DNA of 24,000 bases from Caminicella sporogenes DSM 14501 (GCF_900142285.1 NZ_FRAJ01000003.1:233262-257261); one strand, 5' to 3'; positions 7,926 to 16,093 are shown, counted from the stretch's first letter. Numbers and translations: made by a program. Notes: generated from the letters alone by a model not told the origin.

Positions 7926-8520
7926 TATACTAACACTTGAGGGTAGTATATTAAGTAAACTTTGCGGCTTAGGTCTAGTAGGATTTCCCATATGGGTACT
8001 GTTCTGTTGCCAGATCAGCGGTTTCCCTTTAAACCCATATTTATACTGTCGCCAAGTATAAGACTAGACTACCACTAAGTCCGCACTGTAATCCTTAATA
8101 TACCTTCACGTGGAAACAGTCTAGGAGTTTTCCTCAACAGGCATACTAATTCCTAGCCTCTTTTGCAGAATAGGTTTAGAATAGCAATGCTTTAATATTA
8201 CGGGCCCATAATATTAAAGCTGAATCTATTCATCCACCTATTCCACTCAAGGCAGGCTACACTGCATGTAGCAGAAATCTACCACATGCAGGTTCATCCT
8301 AATCCCTTTCGAGATTTAGGTCTCCACGGAAAGAGGGTCGCCGTCCACATGCCATTGTGGATCGCCCCCTATTCCTTACTCCCAGCATCAACCCCTGACT
8401 GGGCGTCAGAAGCCAATACCAGGAACTTCATCGATGTGCCCTTTGACGGATTTTTAGCCCCGCCTTCAGAATTAGATGCTCTGACTAGAATACTGCACCA
8501 CTCAAGTGTAGAAGATATTA
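7926..8520 (-). ncRNA. ole: OLE-class (ornate, large, extremophilic) structured ncRNA
   Basis: The island is G+C-rich: by hand count, 34 of 60 nt are G/C at 8341-8400 versus 6 of 60 at 7741-7800. It has no credible ORF. A 9-bp long-range helix pairs 7933-7941 with 8501-8509. Many local helices are present: 8189-8200/8209-8220, 8262-8269/8284-8291, 8344-8349/8356-8361, 7990-7997/8033-8040, 8121-8126/8151-8156, and a GAAA-capped hairpin at 8298-8320. Three helices contain pairs that are G-U only on the minus transcript. The flanking order ispA ... RNA, 4-TM gene, dxs is the hallmark OLE locus. Not confirmed with a covariance model. Confidence 0.75.
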
Positions 8521-8541
8521 TAACATAAATTAAATAATTTA

Positions 8542-8985
8542 TCAAATAAGTATATTAGCAATTAATATGCCAAGAAAAGCTCCTGCAAAAACTTCAATTG
8601 GAGTATGTCCTACAAGTTCTTTCAATCTACCTTCTTCTATTTGTCTGTGCTTTTGTTTATCTTCTAAAATTTTATTTAATATTATAGCCTGTTTTCCAAC
8701 AGCACGTCTAACTCCAGCCGCATCATACATTACTATCAAAGCAAAAACTAATGATACTCCATATAAAGCAGAATCCCATCCATTTTTTAATCCAACTGCA
8801 GTTGAAAGCCCCATTACCATAGAAGAATGAGAACTCGGCATTCCACCAGAACCAACAAATCTATAAAGATTTAACTTTTTTTGAGTCAGCAAAGTAATAA
8901 TTACTTTAAGAGCTTGTGCTATAAACCAGGAGGTAATTGCTACATTTAATATTTCATTTCTAAAAATCTTTGGTAAAAATGCCAC
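8542..8985 (-). CDS. Divergent PAP2 / DUF212 (YuiD-like) membrane protein
   Basis: The 147-aa ORF carries the family motifs GGMPSSHSS, VMYDAAGVRRAVGKQA and GHTPIEVFAGAFLG. The GTG start is 7 nt after AGGAGG. Confidence 0.8.
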   Translation of the reverse strand: MAFLPKIFRNEILNVAITSWFIAQALKVIITLLTQKKLNLYRFVGSGGMPSSHSSMVMGLSTAVGLKNGWDSALYGVSLVFALIVMYDAAGVRRAVGKQAIILNKILEDKQKHRQIEEGRLKELVGHTPIEVFAGAFLGILIANILI

Positions 8986-9000
8986 TTCATTTCCTCCTAA

Positions 9001-9891
9001 CTAATAATCTCTTACTTCTAAAAATCTTGATAATTCTCTTAAAAAATCAGCTTTTTCCCCAAATATTTCAAGCACATTTATACTGCGATTTATCAAATCT
9101 TTAGCTATTTTTTTCGATTTATCAACACCGAATAAAGATACATAAGTACTCTTATCATTATTAAAATCACTACCTACTTTTTTACCAAGTTTTTTTTCAT
9201 CTCCAACAACATCTAATATATCATCTACTATCTGAAAAGCCAGTCCTATATTTCTTCCATATTCTGAAAGTGCTCCATATTCTTGCTCATTTGCTCCACC
9301 AATTATAGCACCTGCCTTAATAGATGCTTCAATCAAAGCTGTTGTCTTTTTCAAATGAATAAACTCTAATGTTTCTTTGTCAATTTCTTTTCCTTCAGAT
9401 TCCAAATCTACAACTTGTCCACCAATCATTCCCTCTACTCCGGCTGCTTTTGCTATCTCAAACATAGCCTGTATACCTTTATCTTTATCAATTTTTCCAT
9501 CAATAATTTTTTTAATCATAGTTTCAAATGCAAGATTAAGCAATCCATCACCAGCTAGTATAGCTATTCCTTCACCAAAAACTTTATGATTAGTCAGCTT
9601 ACCTCTTCTGTAATCATCATTATCCATAGCCGGTAAATCATCATGTATTAAAGAATATGTATGTATCATTTCAATAGCACAAGCAAAAGGCATTACATCA
9701 TCAATTTTTCCACCCAACATATCACAAACTTCTATCATTAAAACAGGTCTTAATCTCTTTCCTCCTGCATTAATACTATAAGCCATTGCTTCAAAAATTG
9801 TCTTTTGAAAACCATTTTTAGCTACAAAATATTTTTTTAATTCTTCATCTACTCTGCTTTTTTTGGACAATAATAAAGTTTTAAAATCCAT
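9001..9891 (-). CDS. ispA: Farnesyl/geranyl diphosphate synthase (polyprenyl synthetase)
   Basis: The first Asp-rich motif is LIHDDLPAMDNDDYRRG and the second is FQIVDDILD. I place the start at ATG 9891 (MDFKTLLL), 6 nt after GAGGAGG, which lies in the xseB 3' end. The longer ORF-track start at 9915 is unlikely. Confidence 0.9.
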   Translation of the reverse strand: MDFKTLLLSKKSRVDEELKKYFVAKNGFQKTIFEAMAYSINAGGKRLRPVLMIEVCDMLGGKIDDVMPFACAIEMIHTYSLIHDDLPAMDNDDYRRGKLTNHKVFGEGIAILAGDGLLNLAFETMIKKIIDGKIDKDKGIQAMFEIAKAAGVEGMIGGQVVDLESEGKEIDKETLEFIHLKKTTALIEASIKAGAIIGGANEQEYGALSEYGRNIGLAFQIVDDILDVVGDEKKLGKKVGSDFNNDKSTYVSLFGVDKSKKIAKDLINRSINVLEIFGEKADFLRELSRFLEVRDY

Positions 9892-9892
9892 T

Positions 9893-10138
9893 TTATTCCT
9901 CCTCATACACATCAAAAGGCTGAGTCTTTATTTCTCCATCTTCATCATGTAATAATAAAGATATCTTTTGCTGTGCACTATTTAAAACATTTATACATCT
10001 TCTATAAATTTTAATCCCTTCTTCAAAATACTTTAGTGAATCTTCTAAAGAAAGATTTCCTTCTTCTAATAATTTTACTATATCTTTTAATCTATTTAAA
10101 TCTGTTTCAAAACTTTTATTTTGAGTATTATCTGTCAA
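9893..10138 (-). CDS. xseB: Exodeoxyribonuclease VII small subunit
   Basis: The 81-aa ORF reads FETDLNRLKDIVKLLEEGNLSLEDSLKYFEEGIKIYRRC, which is typical of XseB. The TTG start follows AAAGGAG and overlaps the xseA stop. Confidence 0.88.
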   Translation of the reverse strand: MTDNTQNKSFETDLNRLKDIVKLLEEGNLSLEDSLKYFEEGIKIYRRCINVLNSAQQKISLLLHDEDGEIKTQPFDVYEEE

Positions 10139-11363
10139 TCAATTTATCTCCTTTCTCAATATTATCAACTGTACAATTCAAATAACCATCTCTCAATAAT
10201 ACTTTAATTTCATCTCTCAAATTTACATTTTCTACACTTGTTAGTAATTTATTATCACTGCTTTGAAGTATTGCAAACCCTCTTGACATCGTTGAAAGAG
10301 GACTTAAATTATTTAAATTATTTCCTAAATGAAAAAGCATTTCTTTTAATATTTCTACTTTTTTGTTTAAAATATTACTTATCTGACTATGCATATAATC
10401 AAGATTTTGATGTTCTTCTCTAATTTTATATAAAAGATATTTCTGCATTCTTTCTTCACTATAATTTTCTAATTTATGCTTATAATTTTCTATAAATTTT
10501 GAAATATTTACCTTTAAATTCCTATAATACAAATTCAGAGTATATTTAATATCTGATATAGTAGGAACAGCTATTTCTCCTGCAGCAGAAGGCGTTGGAG
10601 CTCTTAAATCAGCAACAAAATCAGAAATAGTAAAATCCGTTTCATGTCCAACAGCTGAAATTATCGGTTTTTTAGAATTAAATATACTATCAGCTACTAT
10701 TTCTTCATTAAATGGCCATAATTCTTCTATTGAACCTCCACCACGAGCCAATATTATCAAATCTACATCATCAATTTTATTTAATCTATCTATAGCTTCA
10801 GATATTTGAACACTTGCCCTATCACCTTGCACCAACACTGGAGATATTAAAATATCTACAAAATTATTTCTTCTTGTAATTACAGATATAATATCTCTAA
10901 TTGCAGCTCCAGTCGGCGAAGTTACCACAGCTATTTTCTTAGGAAAAAATGGTATTTTCTTTTTATATTTTGAATCAAAATAACCCTTTTTAAAAAGTCT
11001 ATTTTTTAACTTTTCAAATTCAATATATAAATCTCCAAGTCCTTCTTCTTCTAATTCATTAACATATAATTGATACTCTCCATTTTTGTCATAAATTGAA
11101 ATATAACCTTTTACAATTACTTTCATTCCATCTTTTGGCATAAACTTTAGTTTAACAAATTCACTACTAAACATTATACATTTCAGTTTACTTTTTTCAT
11201 CTTTTATTGAAAAATACACATGTCCACTGCTATGTAATTTAAAATTAGATATTTCGCCTTTAATAACTAAATTATTTAAAATAGGGTCATGTAATAAAAT
11301 TCTTTTTAAATAATTTGTGAGCTCAGTAACTGTTAAAATTTTAATTCGCATTGTTTTAAACAT
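10128..11363 (-). CDS. xseA: Exodeoxyribonuclease VII large subunit
   Basis: The 411-aa ORF has an N-terminal OB-fold (LTVTELTNYLKRIL...GEISNFKLHSSGHVYFSIKD), the core ARGGGSIEELWPFNEE and GHETDFTI. The true start may be the second ATG at 11351 (MRIKILTV). Confidence 0.9.
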   Translation of the reverse strand: MFKTMRIKILTVTELTNYLKRILLHDPILNNLVIKGEISNFKLHSSGHVYFSIKDEKSKLKCIMFSSEFVKLKFMPKDGMKVIVKGYISIYDKNGEYQLYVNELEEEGLGDLYIEFEKLKNRLFKKGYFDSKYKKKIPFFPKKIAVVTSPTGAAIRDIISVITRRNNFVDILISPVLVQGDRASVQISEAIDRLNKIDDVDLIILARGGGSIEELWPFNEEIVADSIFNSKKPIISAVGHETDFTISDFVADLRAPTPSAAGEIAVPTISDIKYTLNLYYRNLKVNISKFIENYKHKLENYSEERMQKYLLYKIREEHQNLDYMHSQISNILNKKVEILKEMLFHLGNNLNNLSPLSTMSRGFAILQSSDNKLLTSVENVNLRDEIKVLLRDGYLNCTVDNIEKGDKLIDR

Positions 11364-12205
11364 GCCTCCAATGTATTTTCTAATAGCATAGCAATTGTCA
11401 TAGGTCCTACTCCACCCGGTACAGGCGTAATATATGACGCTTTCTTTACAGCACTATCAAACTCAACATCTCCAACAAGTTTTCCATCTACAACATTTGT
11501 TCCAACGTCAATTACTATACAATTTTCTTTGAGCATATCTCCTTTTATCAAATTAGCCCTTCCTGCTGCTGCCACTACAACATCTGCTCTTAATAAATGC
11601 TCTTTTAAATCTTTAGTTTTTGAATGACAGAGTGTAACTGTAAGATTTTCTTGCTGCAATAGTTCTGCAACAGGCTTACCTACTATATTACTTCTACCTA
11701 CAACAACAGCATTTTTACCCGTTAAATCTTGATTTATACTCTTGATGAGTTCTATAACACCTTTTGGAGTACATGGTAAAAAGCTCTTTGAGTTTGAATA
11801 CAACATACCCACATTTATTGGATTAATACAATCAACGTCTTTTTCATAAGAAAGTGCAAACTTAATTTTATTTTCATCTATACCTTTAGGAAGTGGAAAT
11901 TGAATTATTATTCCATTTATTTTTTCATTTTTATTTAAATTATTTATTAAATCTAATATTTCATCTTCTGATACATTTTCAGAAAGTAAATGTTTTTCAC
12001 TATAAAAATGTACTTTTGTACATTTTTTGATAATAGTATTTACATAAACCTCTGAAGCTTTATCATTTCCTATATATACAACTGCAAGTCCCGGAACTTT
12101 TCCATATTTGTCAGATAGATACTTTACCTTTTCTTCAATTTCTATTAACCTCTTCTTTGAAATTTCTCTTCCATTAATTATATTACTCACTATATCTCCC
12201 CCCAT
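11333..12205 (-). CDS. folD: Bifunctional methylenetetrahydrofolate dehydrogenase/cyclohydrolase
   Basis: FolD motifs are present: PGLAVVYIGNDKASEVYV, LPCTPKGVIELI, VVVGRSNIVGKPVAELL and TPVPGGVGPMTIAML. An alternative and probably better start is GTG 12190, 5 nt after GGGGGAG. Confidence 0.92.
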   Translation of the reverse strand: MGGDIVSNIINGREISKKRLIEIEEKVKYLSDKYGKVPGLAVVYIGNDKASEVYVNTIIKKCTKVHFYSEKHLLSENVSEDEILDLINNLNKNEKINGIIIQFPLPKGIDENKIKFALSYEKDVDCINPINVGMLYSNSKSFLPCTPKGVIELIKSINQDLTGKNAVVVGRSNIVGKPVAELLQQENLTVTLCHSKTKDLKEHLLRADVVVAAAGRANLIKGDMLKENCIVIDVGTNVVDGKLVGDVEFDSAVKKASYITPVPGGVGPMTIAMLLENTLEACLKQCELKF

Positions 12206-13145
12206 TTAATCCTAATAAAGCAATGCCAACTGCATTATCTGTAGAATAATGTGGCTTACTAAGATAAACATTTATGCCTTCTCTTTTAAGCCTTATAAAT
12301 AAATTATCTCTTATAAAACTATTTGATGCAACTCCTCCGACTAATAAAACATCATTTATTTTTGTCTTTTTGCAAGAATTTTTGATTACTTCAAATAAAG
12401 ATTTATAAATACACTCAAATAGTGCTACTGCTATATCTGAATTATTATATATTCTGCTCTCAATAATTCTTTTTACATGAGTTTCTGTTCCAGAAAAATT
12501 TATGTATGTACCTTCTGTACTTACCGGCAGCTTAATCTTACCTAATACTCCATTTTTTGAAAGTTTATCCAATTCTTTACCTGAAGGAAAATTTAATCCC
12601 ATCATAACTCCTATTCTATCAATCAATTGTCCTGCACTAATATCTTTAGTAGCTCCAATTATCTGTACTTTAAATTTATTATCTATTTCACACACTTTAA
12701 GAATTTCCGTTGTCCCACCAGAAATATGAACTGCTATGTAATCTCGTATATCCAACATCTCTGCAGACCATTTCCCAGCAGCTATATGACCTTCTTGATG
12801 ACTATATTCTTCATAACTAGTTTTTAACATAGCTGCTATTGTTTTTCCAAAAGATGTACCCGCTAAAAAAACAGGCATATATGATTCAGGCAAATTTCTG
12901 GGTTTATTGCTTGCAGAAACTTTTGATATTTTATTTATATCCACTTGACTAGCAAGTTTTTCAAAAAGTATTGGCAAATTTTTGATATGCTGAAATAATG
13001 CTTCTGACTGCCTAAGACCTCTTAAACCTCTTTTAACTTTTAAAACTTGCCTACTATCAAACATTAATTTTTCATTTTCATCGACTACAGCTATAGAAGT
13101 AGTATAACAGCTTGTATCTATTCCCAAAAAATACTTACTCATCAT
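12183..13145 (-). CDS. Kae1/TsaD-family (glycoprotease/M22-like, ASKHA fold) protein, divergent paralogue
   Basis: The 320-aa ORF contains GIDTSCYTTSIAVV, a His-x-x-Gly-His metal motif (SHQEGHIAAG), ISGGTTEIL and LLVGGVASNSFIRD. These motifs parallel TsaD, but the protein is shorter and substituted at several canonical positions. Confidence 0.65.
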   Translation of the reverse strand: MMSKYFLGIDTSCYTTSIAVVDENEKLMFDSRQVLKVKRGLRGLRQSEALFQHIKNLPILFEKLASQVDINKISKVSASNKPRNLPESYMPVFLAGTSFGKTIAAMLKTSYEEYSHQEGHIAAGKWSAEMLDIRDYIAVHISGGTTEILKVCEIDNKFKVQIIGATKDISAGQLIDRIGVMMGLNFPSGKELDKLSKNGVLGKIKLPVSTEGTYINFSGTETHVKRIIESRIYNNSDIAVALFECIYKSLFEVIKNSCKKTKINDVLLVGGVASNSFIRDNLFIRLKREGINVYLSKPHYSTDNAVGIALLGLNGGRYSE

Positions 13146-13548
13146 TTAATCCCTTCTTAGATACTAAAGAAGCTAATAATCCATTAATAAAATTAGGAGA
13201 TTCATCTTCACTAAATTTTTTAGCAAGTTCAATAGCTTCATTTATTGATACTTTTATTGGTATATCTTCTCTATACAAAATTTCCGCAACTGCTATTCTC
13301 AATATAGATAAATCTATTTTAGAAATTCTACTCAATTTCCAGCCTTTTAAATTTTCTTCGATATTTTTATCTATTTCTTCTTTATTTTCAATAAATAAAT
13401 TTACCATTTCTTCTATAAACTGTCTGTCTTTTTTGTTATCTATAACTCCTTCTATAAAATTTTCAACAGCTTTAAAATCATATATCTTTTGGAACTCTAT
13501 TTGAAATAATGCCTGCATCAAAGTTTCTCTAGCTAATTTCCTACTCAT
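13135..13548 (-). CDS. nusB: Transcription antitermination factor NusB
   Basis: The 137-aa ORF reads RKLARETLMQALFQIEF...LSILRIAVAEILYREDIPIKVSINEAIELAKKFS...FINGLL. An AAAGGAGG RBS is present. Confidence 0.9.
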   Translation of the reverse strand: MSRKLARETLMQALFQIEFQKIYDFKAVENFIEGVIDNKKDRQFIEEMVNLFIENKEEIDKNIEENLKGWKLSRISKIDLSILRIAVAEILYREDIPIKVSINEAIELAKKFSEDESPNFINGLLASLVSKKGLNDE

Positions 13549-13661
13549 TATAAATCCTCCTTTGCTGAATATGTTATTTTAAATTTTATTTTTTACATTT
13601 TTTTCTTTAAGATACATCTCAATCGAAATTCAATAAGTTCTTATGTTATAATAACATAAAT

Positions 13662-13683
13662 TAACTCCCTAAAAAGGGAGTTA
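13662..13683 (-). terminator. Hairpin after asp23, a possible partial terminator
   Basis: The minus strand reads TAACTCCCT-TTTT-AGGGAGTTA, a 9-bp stem. It is followed by ATTTATGTTAT, an interrupted T-tract, so termination is probably only partial. Confidence 0.45.
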
Positions 13684-13715
13684 GTCATTTTTTCGATATT
13701 ATTATCTATATTAAA

Positions 13716-14102
13716 TTATTCTTCCTCAACTTGTTCTTCTTTTTTTGGAACATTCACACCTTGAACATGAATATTTACTTCAACTACCCTAAGTCCAGTC
13801 ATCGTTTCTATAGCATTTTTAACTTTTTCCTGTACTTTCCATGCAACATCTGGTATTTTTACTCCATAATCTACAATAACATACAAATCAATAGCTGCCT
13901 CTTCTTCCCCAACTTCAACTTTTACTCCTTTAGAAAGACTTTTTCTTCCAAGTAAGTCAGAAATATTTCCAGCTAATCCTCCGCTCATACTGTAAATTCC
14001 TTCAACTTCAGCAGCTGCTAGTCCTGCTATAGTACCGACAACTTCATCAGATATTTTAACTTGACCATAATTCAAGTTATCTGTTTGAGAATTATTATCC
14101 AT
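13716..14102 (-). CDS. Asp23/Gls24-family alkaline shock protein
   Basis: The 128-aa ORF reads [24 protein letters not shown]...GVKVEVGEEEAAIDLYVIVDYGVKIPDVAWKVQEKV...VEVNIHVQGV. Its position between spoIIIA and nusB matches B. subtilis yqhY. Confidence 0.85.
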   Translation of the reverse strand: MDNNSQTDNLNYGQVKISDEVVGTIAGLAAAEVEGIYSMSGGLAGNISDLLGRKSLSKGVKVEVGEEEAAIDLYVIVDYGVKIPDVAWKVQEKVKNAIETMTGLRVVEVNIHVQGVNVPKKEEQVEEE

Positions 14103-14174
14103 GTTTTTACCTCCAATTTCCTTATTATACTGTTTATTATACCAAAATGTATTTTTATTTACAATTATTAAGAT

Positions 14175-14870
14175 TTATTTATTTTGAATTTTTATATTAT
14201 CTATAGATACTTTCGTTTCTCTAGTTACAATATCTAAAATTTTAGCTATATCGGATTTACTTAATTCTTCATCCTTAACAGTTACATAAACGCTTTCATT
14301 CGTAATAAATACAACTGCATCTTCAAAACCTTTACTTTTTATTAAACTTTCCACTATTTTTTCCTTATTGATTAAATCTATTATTGCCATCTTTTTCTTA
14401 ATTGCACTTTTTCTTGATTCTTCATCAGTCATCTTACTATTAATAATCTCATCAAATCTTTCTATTGTCTTTTCTCTCTCAACTTCTATATCTATTTTTG
14501 CTTGAAGAAAATAACTTGATTTATTTCTTTTTTCATTATTTAACAAAGATTCCTCAATGTTTGAATTGGAAACTGATACTATTTTATTTATATCTTCTTG
14601 CTTACTATCTACTACTTTTTCTTCTTCTGGTATCATCATCATAGATGATGTAGCTGTTTCTTTTCCTATATTTTCTTCAACGACTATATTATCCTCATTT
14701 TCCTTTGATGTCATAACTGATAATTGATTTTCTTCATATTGTTTAAAGTCCGAAGAACTTTCAAGTATTGATTTTTTATTTAGCATATAATTCAAATAAC
14801 TTATTGAAATTAATACAAACACTAATGATAAAATTACAACCTTTCTCTTATCAAATTTAAAATTAAACAT
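14175..14870 (-). CDS. spoIIIAH: Stage III sporulation protein AH
   Basis: The ORF has an N-terminal TM segment and a low-complexity linker. The C-terminal YscJ/FliF-like domain reads LIKSKGFEDAVVFITNESVYVTVKDEELSKSDIAKILDIV. It is the last gene of the spoIIIA array. Confidence 0.78.
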   Translation of the reverse strand: MFNFKFDKRKVVILSLVFVLISISYLNYMLNKKSILESSSDFKQYEENQLSVMTSKENEDNIVVEENIGKETATSSMMMIPEEEKVVDSKQEDINKIVSVSNSNIEESLLNNEKRNKSSYFLQAKIDIEVEREKTIERFDEIINSKMTDEESRKSAIKKKMAIIDLINKEKIVESLIKSKGFEDAVVFITNESVYVTVKDEELSKSDIAKILDIVTRETKVSIDNIKIQNK

Positions 14871-14885
14871 ATTTTCATCTCCCCC

Positions 14886-15473
14886 TTATTTTTTTTCATA
14901 TACTTTAACTTTATAACTTTTTATTTGAAAAATCGTTGTAACTGCATCAATAAGTGCACTTTTCACCTTTGGATTACCAGCACCCTCAGCTACAACTATT
15001 ACCCCCCTTACTATAGGTTTTATTTCTTTTATTACAACAGGTGCATTTTTATAATCGCTATTATTTAAAGTTACAATCTGCTCAGTAATATTTTCTTGTG
15101 TAGTAGTTCTCGTCCCACCCTGACTGTCATTTTCTTTAGTAGTTTGAAGAGATTTTGTAATATTTGAAGCTGGAACAACTTCAGAGCTAGTTTCATAAGT
15201 TATCATTACATCTACATCACCTACTCCATTTATTTGACTCAATATTTGTTCTAATTTCTTGTCTATACTATCTGTATAAAAATATTCATTTTTTTCTATT
15301 CTTGATGTCTGTAAACTTTCAATCTTTTCTGTTGATTTATTTTCTTTAGGATAAAAAGTACTCCACGAAATTAGCAGTATAATACATGATATAATTACTG
15401 CTAAAAAATTATATATCGTCTTTTTTATATTTTGAGTTGCTATAATATCCTTTAACTTTTCTATGATTTTCAC
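14886..15473 (-). CDS. spoIIIAG: Stage III sporulation protein AG
   Basis: The ORF has an N-terminal TM segment. Its ring-building motif region reads GVGDVDVMITYETSSEVVPA...VRGVIVVAEGAGNPKVKSALIDAVTTIF. The start is GTG after GGGGGTGAGGA. Confidence 0.82.
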   Translation of the reverse strand: MKIIEKLKDIIATQNIKKTIYNFLAVIISCIILLISWSTFYPKENKSTEKIESLQTSRIEKNEYFYTDSIDKKLEQILSQINGVGDVDVMITYETSSEVVPASNITKSLQTTKENDSQGGTRTTTQENITEQIVTLNNSDYKNAPVVIKEIKPIVRGVIVVAEGAGNPKVKSALIDAVTTIFQIKSYKVKVYEKK

Positions 15474-15499
15474 TTTATCCTCACCCCCGCTTATGAAAC

Positions 15500-16093
15500 T
15501 TAATTGATAATTATATCTAGATTATCAATATTGTAAATATCTGTAATATCACATCTAATTTCTTTTTTTAAACTATCATTTTTACTATTTAAGTTATTAT
15601 TTTCTTCTTCGCCGTTTACATTTATTTTTATTATCGAAACAGTTTCTTTATCACTCATATTTTTTTTATCGTTTGAAAGCAGAATATATAACTTTCTTAT
15701 TTTACCGAATTTCTCTCTATCTTCTTCCAAATCCATATCTACATTTAATACTTTTACAGAATATTTTCTTTCTATTCTGGTCTTTATATCATCTTTTAAT
15801 TTAGATTTGTAAATATTAATCAACTGTTCTCTTTGTAAAGATTCAATATTCTTTACAGTCATTTTACATTCTTCCTCACTTAAAAGAGCAGATATTTTAA
15901 AATATTCCTTTTCAAGTACATCTTTACTATTAAGTAAATTTATTATAGGATTTATTATTACAATCATAACTAAAAAACCAAGTATTAAATTTAAATATTT
16001 CTTCATCTTTCCTTCAGGCATAAGTATTTCTATAAAACTGACAAATATCATAACTGACACTATATTTCTTATCCATTTATAAATAAACCCCAT
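15500..16093 (-). CDS. spoIIIAF: Stage III sporulation protein AF
   Basis: Two N-terminal TM segments are present (IRNIVSVMIFVSFIEILMP and LILGFLVMIVIINPII). The position between spoIIIAE and spoIIIAG supports the call. Confidence 0.8.
   Translation of the reverse strand: MGFIYKWIRNIVSVMIFVSFIEILMPEGKMKKYLNLILGFLVMIVIINPIINLLNSKDVLEKEYFKISALLSEEECKMTVKNIESLQREQLINIYKSKLKDDIKTRIERKYSVKVLNVDMDLEEDREKFGKIRKLYILLSNDKKNMSDKETVSIIKINVNGEEENNNLNSKNDSLKKEIRCDITDIYNIDNLDIIIN

Noticed and set aside
7933-8509. The 9-bp inverted repeat at the island ends, read as terminal inverted repeats of a MITE/IS or a horizontally acquired insert
   Set aside because: The repeats have no flanking direct duplication: the flanks read tatactaa and agaagata. 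There is no transposase. The interior is a series of nested helices, not a degenerate ORF. A closing helix of an RNA explains the repeat better.
7926-8520. Alternative identities for the island: RNase P RNA, tmRNA, an rRNA fragment or a group II intron
   Set aside because: There is no GAGGAAAGUCC-type RNase P motif on either strand. There is no tRNA-like acceptor/CCA end or tag ORF as in tmRNA. At about 0.6 kb with no intron-encoded protein, it does not fit a group II intron or an rRNA. The ispA/4-TM/dxs context points specifically to OLE. A covariance-model scan is still needed.
7873-8528. Plus-strand ORFs 7873-8061 (62 aa) and 8286-8528 (80 aa) inside the G+C-rich island
   Set aside because: Neither has a Shine-Dalgarno sequence. 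Their Pro/Ala/Gly/Trp/His-rich composition is unlike every real protein in this AT-rich window. They run antisense to a region full of helices whose G-U pairs work only on the minus strand. Best explained as chance ORFs in a structured RNA gene.
13549-13715. 15-codon minus-strand ORF (MTNSLFRELIYVIIT) in the asp23-nusB gap
   Set aside because: It has no RBS and is composed of the terminator hairpin and dyad sequences. It is almost certainly not translated.
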